From contig OY762069.1 in assembly GCA_963665095.1 (NCBI GenBank), forward strand, positions 96,001 through 160,000: 64,000 nucleotides of DNA, given 5' to 3'. Shown piece after piece: positions 60,925 to 64,000 of the stretch. The stretch's first letter is position 1; each line of letters starts with the position of its first letter. The notes under the pieces were generated by a model that saw only the letters and a program-made list of their open reading frames with translations, did not search any database and was not told the origin of the DNA. The DNA is from an uncultured Desulfobacter sp. Its GTDB lineage: Bacteria; Desulfobacterota; Desulfobacteria; Desulfobacterales; Desulfobacteraceae. The position numbers and the translations under genes are program-made.

Positions 60925-61716
60925 GTGTCCGCCATTCGGGCATGGAAAACCGAAGAACCCGGTGTCATCAGTAAATCCCTGGGAACGGTTTTCGCACCGG
61001 TATCCTGGCTGGCCCAGAAGCTGATTCCGGAAAAAGCAATCCGGGGGGCCATCCATGCCGCGATGAAAACCGCGGATAAACTGACCGACAGTGGTGATAT
61101 AAAAAAATCGGGAAACGTTACGGAAATCAAAGAGCTGTTGAATAAGGACCTCTTATTTCTGGACAAACTTTCCGCCAAAGTCCACCACTGGGCCATCGGT
61201 CTTGCTACCACCGGCGGTGTTGCCTCAGGCCTGGGCGGTGCCATAACCCTTGCGGCAGATGTCCCGGCAACGGTTGCCCTGGCATTGAGAACAATCCATA
61301 AAATAGGCCTGTGTTATGGGTACCAGCCGGAAACAAATGATGACAGGCTGTTTATCCTTGCGGTTCTGGCCATTTCCAGCGCCAACTCCATTGGAGACAA
61401 AATGATTGCTTTGAATACGCTTCATGCGGCCGGTTCCGCATCAAAAAAGGCGTTGGTATCGTCATCCGGTGACACCCGTGAATCAACTGTTGAAATACCC
61501 ATCACCAAAAAAGATACGGATATTGGTATGGACCATCTTTCCAAGACCATCGGGCTGAACCTGACAAAAAGAAAAGTGCTCCAGCTCATTCCTGCTGTTG
61601 GGGCCGTTGTGGGCGGTTCAGTGAACGGGTGGTATTTAAAGGATGTCGGGTGGTCAGCCAAAAGAGCCTTTCAGGAGCGGTGGCTTGGGGATAATTATCC
61701 CGGGTTGGCGCTTTAA
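60925..61716 (+). CDS. EcsC family protein (start possibly slightly upstream)
   Basis: ADVPA...LRTIHKIGLCYGY, QLIPAVGAVVGGSVN, FQERWL. Confidence 0.85.
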   Translation: MSAIRAWKTEEPGVISKSLGTVFAPVSWLAQKLIPEKAIRGAIHAAMKTADKLTDSGDIKKSGNVTEIKELLNKDLLFLDKLSAKVHHWAIGLATTGGVASGLGGAITLAADVPATVALALRTIHKIGLCYGYQPETNDDRLFILAVLAISSANSIGDKMIALNTLHAAGSASKKALVSSSGDTRESTVEIPITKKDTDIGMDHLSKTIGLNLTKRKVLQLIPAVGAVVGGSVNGWYLKDVGWSAKRAFQERWLGDNYPGLAL

Positions 61717-61764
61717 TTAAAAAAGGGCGTTTCTGTTAGGCAGTTTAAAACGAATGGGGATGAT

Positions 61765-62277
61765 ATGGCAAAAGATGAAACACGCAGTGCAGCGGATTGG
61801 TTTGATGACGGGTTGATTTGTTTTCATCAACCCGATGGTATCGGCGCTGTCCGGGCATTTGAAGCGGTGATCGAGATAGATCCTTTTTACCGTCATCATG
61901 ATGGTGACAACCCTTATTTTTATCTGGGCAAAATCTGTGAAATCGAGGGGCGTATCGATAAGGCCATTCAGTTTTATTCCAGTGCGCTGACTTTGGACAT
62001 CTACGACGAAGAAAGCCTTATCGGCCGGGGAAGCTGTTATACTGTCCAAAAGGATCACCCACGGGCTGTGGCTGATTTTAAAAAAGTATTAACTTTTCCA
62101 CTTGAAGCCAGGAATGCTCCGATGGGGCATCTTCTGTACGCCATTGCAGAAAATTACCGTCAGCAGAAAGATTATTCAAACGCACTTGCCTGGGGGAAAA
62201 AAGCCCTTTCCCAAGACCCGGATAATGACAGGCACAAGGCTCTGGTTGCTGAAATGGAAAAGCAGGCGCAACTATAG
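61765..62277 (+). CDS. TPR protein
   Basis: Repeated TPR-like helices. Confidence 0.8.
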   Translation: MAKDETRSAADWFDDGLICFHQPDGIGAVRAFEAVIEIDPFYRHHDGDNPYFYLGKICEIEGRIDKAIQFYSSALTLDIYDEESLIGRGSCYTVQKDHPRAVADFKKVLTFPLEARNAPMGHLLYAIAENYRQQKDYSNALAWGKKALSQDPDNDRHKALVAEMEKQAQL

Positions 62278-62464
62278 TAGTGGGGTCCATTCTTGAAAAA
62301 CTGGGTGTGATGTCTTCGCTTTTTTCAAAACAAAAAGCTGTGACTCTATCACATCATTTACATTTAGCCTGCATTTCCCGCCTCAGTAGTGCTTAATCAC
62401 TATAAGGGGCTAAAACCAAATCAGAGATCCATGTCAATGATGAGGAAAAACGTGATCTTTTTTC

Positions 62465-63085
62465 CTATCGAATAAAGCTCATTTTTTCCCGGGGTTCAAG
62501 TTCAGGGTAGGGCACTTCGCCTTTGGCCTTGTCGATACAGGTTAACAGCCAGGCCATATTGCGACCCAGAATTCTCATGGTTTGAAGGCCTTCTTTGTCA
62601 AGCTGCGCCTCTTCCGCCTTTGTGCCATGGATGCCGTTCCAGTAGTGGGACGATACAATGGGCATCTGGGCAAAGGTAAAATATTTGTTCAGCCTGTCAA
62701 ATGTGGCACTGTTACCGCCTCTGCGGCTGGTGACCACGGCCGCCCCTGGCTTGAACGCATAGGCGTCCGCCTTTTGATAAAACATCCGGTCCAGAAAGCC
62801 GCACAAGGATGCATTGGGGCCGGCAAAATAGACCGGAGAACCTAAGACCAGGCCATCTGCTTTCTTTAGAAGGTCGATGCACTCATTTACCGGATCATCT
62901 TTATAGACACAATACCCGGTCTTTACGCAGCCCATGCAGGCTGAGCAGCCTTTGATCCCCTGTTTTCCAATGTGAAGGATCCGGCTTGAAACCCCGTTTC
63001 TGTCAAGTTCTTCAGCCACTTCATTCAGGGCTGTGTAGGTGCAGCCATTTTTATGGGGACTGCCGTTTATCATTAATACATTCAT
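62465..63085 (-). CDS. Flavodoxin-family / iron-sulfur flavoprotein
   Basis: INGSPHKNGCT, CSACMGC...C, GSPVYF. Confidence 0.9.
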   Translation of the reverse strand: MNVLMINGSPHKNGCTYTALNEVAEELDRNGVSSRILHIGKQGIKGCSACMGCVKTGYCVYKDDPVNECIDLLKKADGLVLGSPVYFAGPNASLCGFLDRMFYQKADAYAFKPGAAVVTSRRGGNSATFDRLNKYFTFAQMPIVSSHYWNGIHGTKAEEAQLDKEGLQTMRILGRNMAWLLTCIDKAKGEVPYPELEPREKMSFIR

Positions 63086-63439
63086 TTCTTAACTCCTCTG
63101 AAATTTGTATTGGGTTGTGTTCTGGCAGATATGGGAAAATCACTTCGATTTTTCACTGGCAAGCTGTCAAAAAGGACAAAATTATATTTAAAATGAGTCC
63201 TTTTGGGAAGAAAAATTTAATGGAATAAAATTAAATGCCATGCAAGGGCAAAATTTAAAGATATTGCCGTAACAGGGTATGACGCCCAGACTTGCCTGAC
63301 ACTTGCCAAATGCTGTGAATTTGTTTACGCTGAACTAGCTGAACTAAATGAAAAATAAGTGCCACACCAGCACATACCAGGCGTTTTGCCGACACCCGGT
63401 TAACCGGTGTCGCAGACATCAGACAATGGGACCTGCCAA

Positions 63440-64000
63440 ATGCGCATACTGCGTTTAATATTATTTATTATTGCAATACTTTTTGGGGCTTGCTGCCTGC
63501 CGTTTTCCGGTGCTTATGCGGATTTGATCAATAAAAAGATACTGGTTCTGCAGTCCTATGACAGTGAGTTGCCCTGGGTTAAATCAACCACCCTGGGCAT
63601 CCGGGATGCCGTAAAACAGGAGACGCGGGTCAATTTTTTATTAAACTTCGAATTTCTGGATCTGTCCAGGGAACACAAGACCTCCTACCGGAACCGGTTA
63701 AAGGAGTTGCTGGTGCTTAAGTATGCCCATGACCGGCCTGATCTTGTGGTGTGCATGGACTCCCTGGCAGCCATATTTGTCCTTGATTTCAGGTCAGAGA
63801 TCTTTTTTGATGTGCCAATGGTGTTTTCCATGGCAAGAGAAACATATAACCAACTGAATAGCGCGCTTCCTGCAGGCTGTGCCGTGGTTGTCCACGAGGT
63901 GGATCATGCAGGCTCACTTGCGCTGGCCCTTAAGCTGTTTCCTGACACCCGCAATGTTTACATGATTGCCGGTCAAACCAGAGCCGGCCGATTCTCCGAA
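63440..64000 (+). CDS. Periplasmic sensor domain protein (probable kinase or cyclase), partial
   Basis: Manual translation MRILRLILF...KKILVLQSYDSELPW...EFLD...KY...PDLVV; open to the window edge. Confidence 0.7.
   Translation, partial: MRILRLILFIIAILFGACCLPFSGAYADLINKKILVLQSYDSELPWVKSTTLGIRDAVKQETRVNFLLNFEFLDLSREHKTSYRNRLKELLVLKYAHDRPDLVVCMDSLAAIFVLDFRSEIFFDVPMVFSMARETYNQLNSALPAGCAVVVHEVDHAGSLALALKLFPDTRNVYMIAGQTRAGRFSE

Overview
Accessory-type region, probably from a sulfate-reducing Desulfobacteraceae-like deltaproteobacterium (inferred from gene content). Layer 1 is a repeated module of AraC regulator, TonB-dependent receptor and O-methyltransferase, sometimes with an Fe/B12-type ABC transporter or FptX-like MFS. 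It comprises 5 intact receptors, 6 intact AraC genes and 5 intact methyltransferases, with no biosynthetic genes, and one AraC sits under a cobalamin riboswitch. Layer 2 is three minus-strand integron-like cassette arrays (about 14.7-21.8, 33.8-39.5 and 45.3-47.7 kb) punctuated by attC-like sites, many only 48-52 bp, with no intI in the window. Their cargo includes an IS91-family transposase packaged as a cassette in two copies. In both copies a Zn-motif Cys codon is an in-frame TGA followed by a SECIS-like hairpin. The arrays also hold a group II intron inserted in an attC loop, an ORF-less cassette with a sigma-54 promoter, an AbiE toxin-antitoxin pair, a Fic/Doc pair and an AAA ATPase. Also present: the end of a multi-gene DDE transposon, a vWA/XpaC/TelA operon, RAYT and dnaK remnants, and signalling or housekeeping genes at the right end. 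All family calls come from motif recognition by eye; no searches were run.
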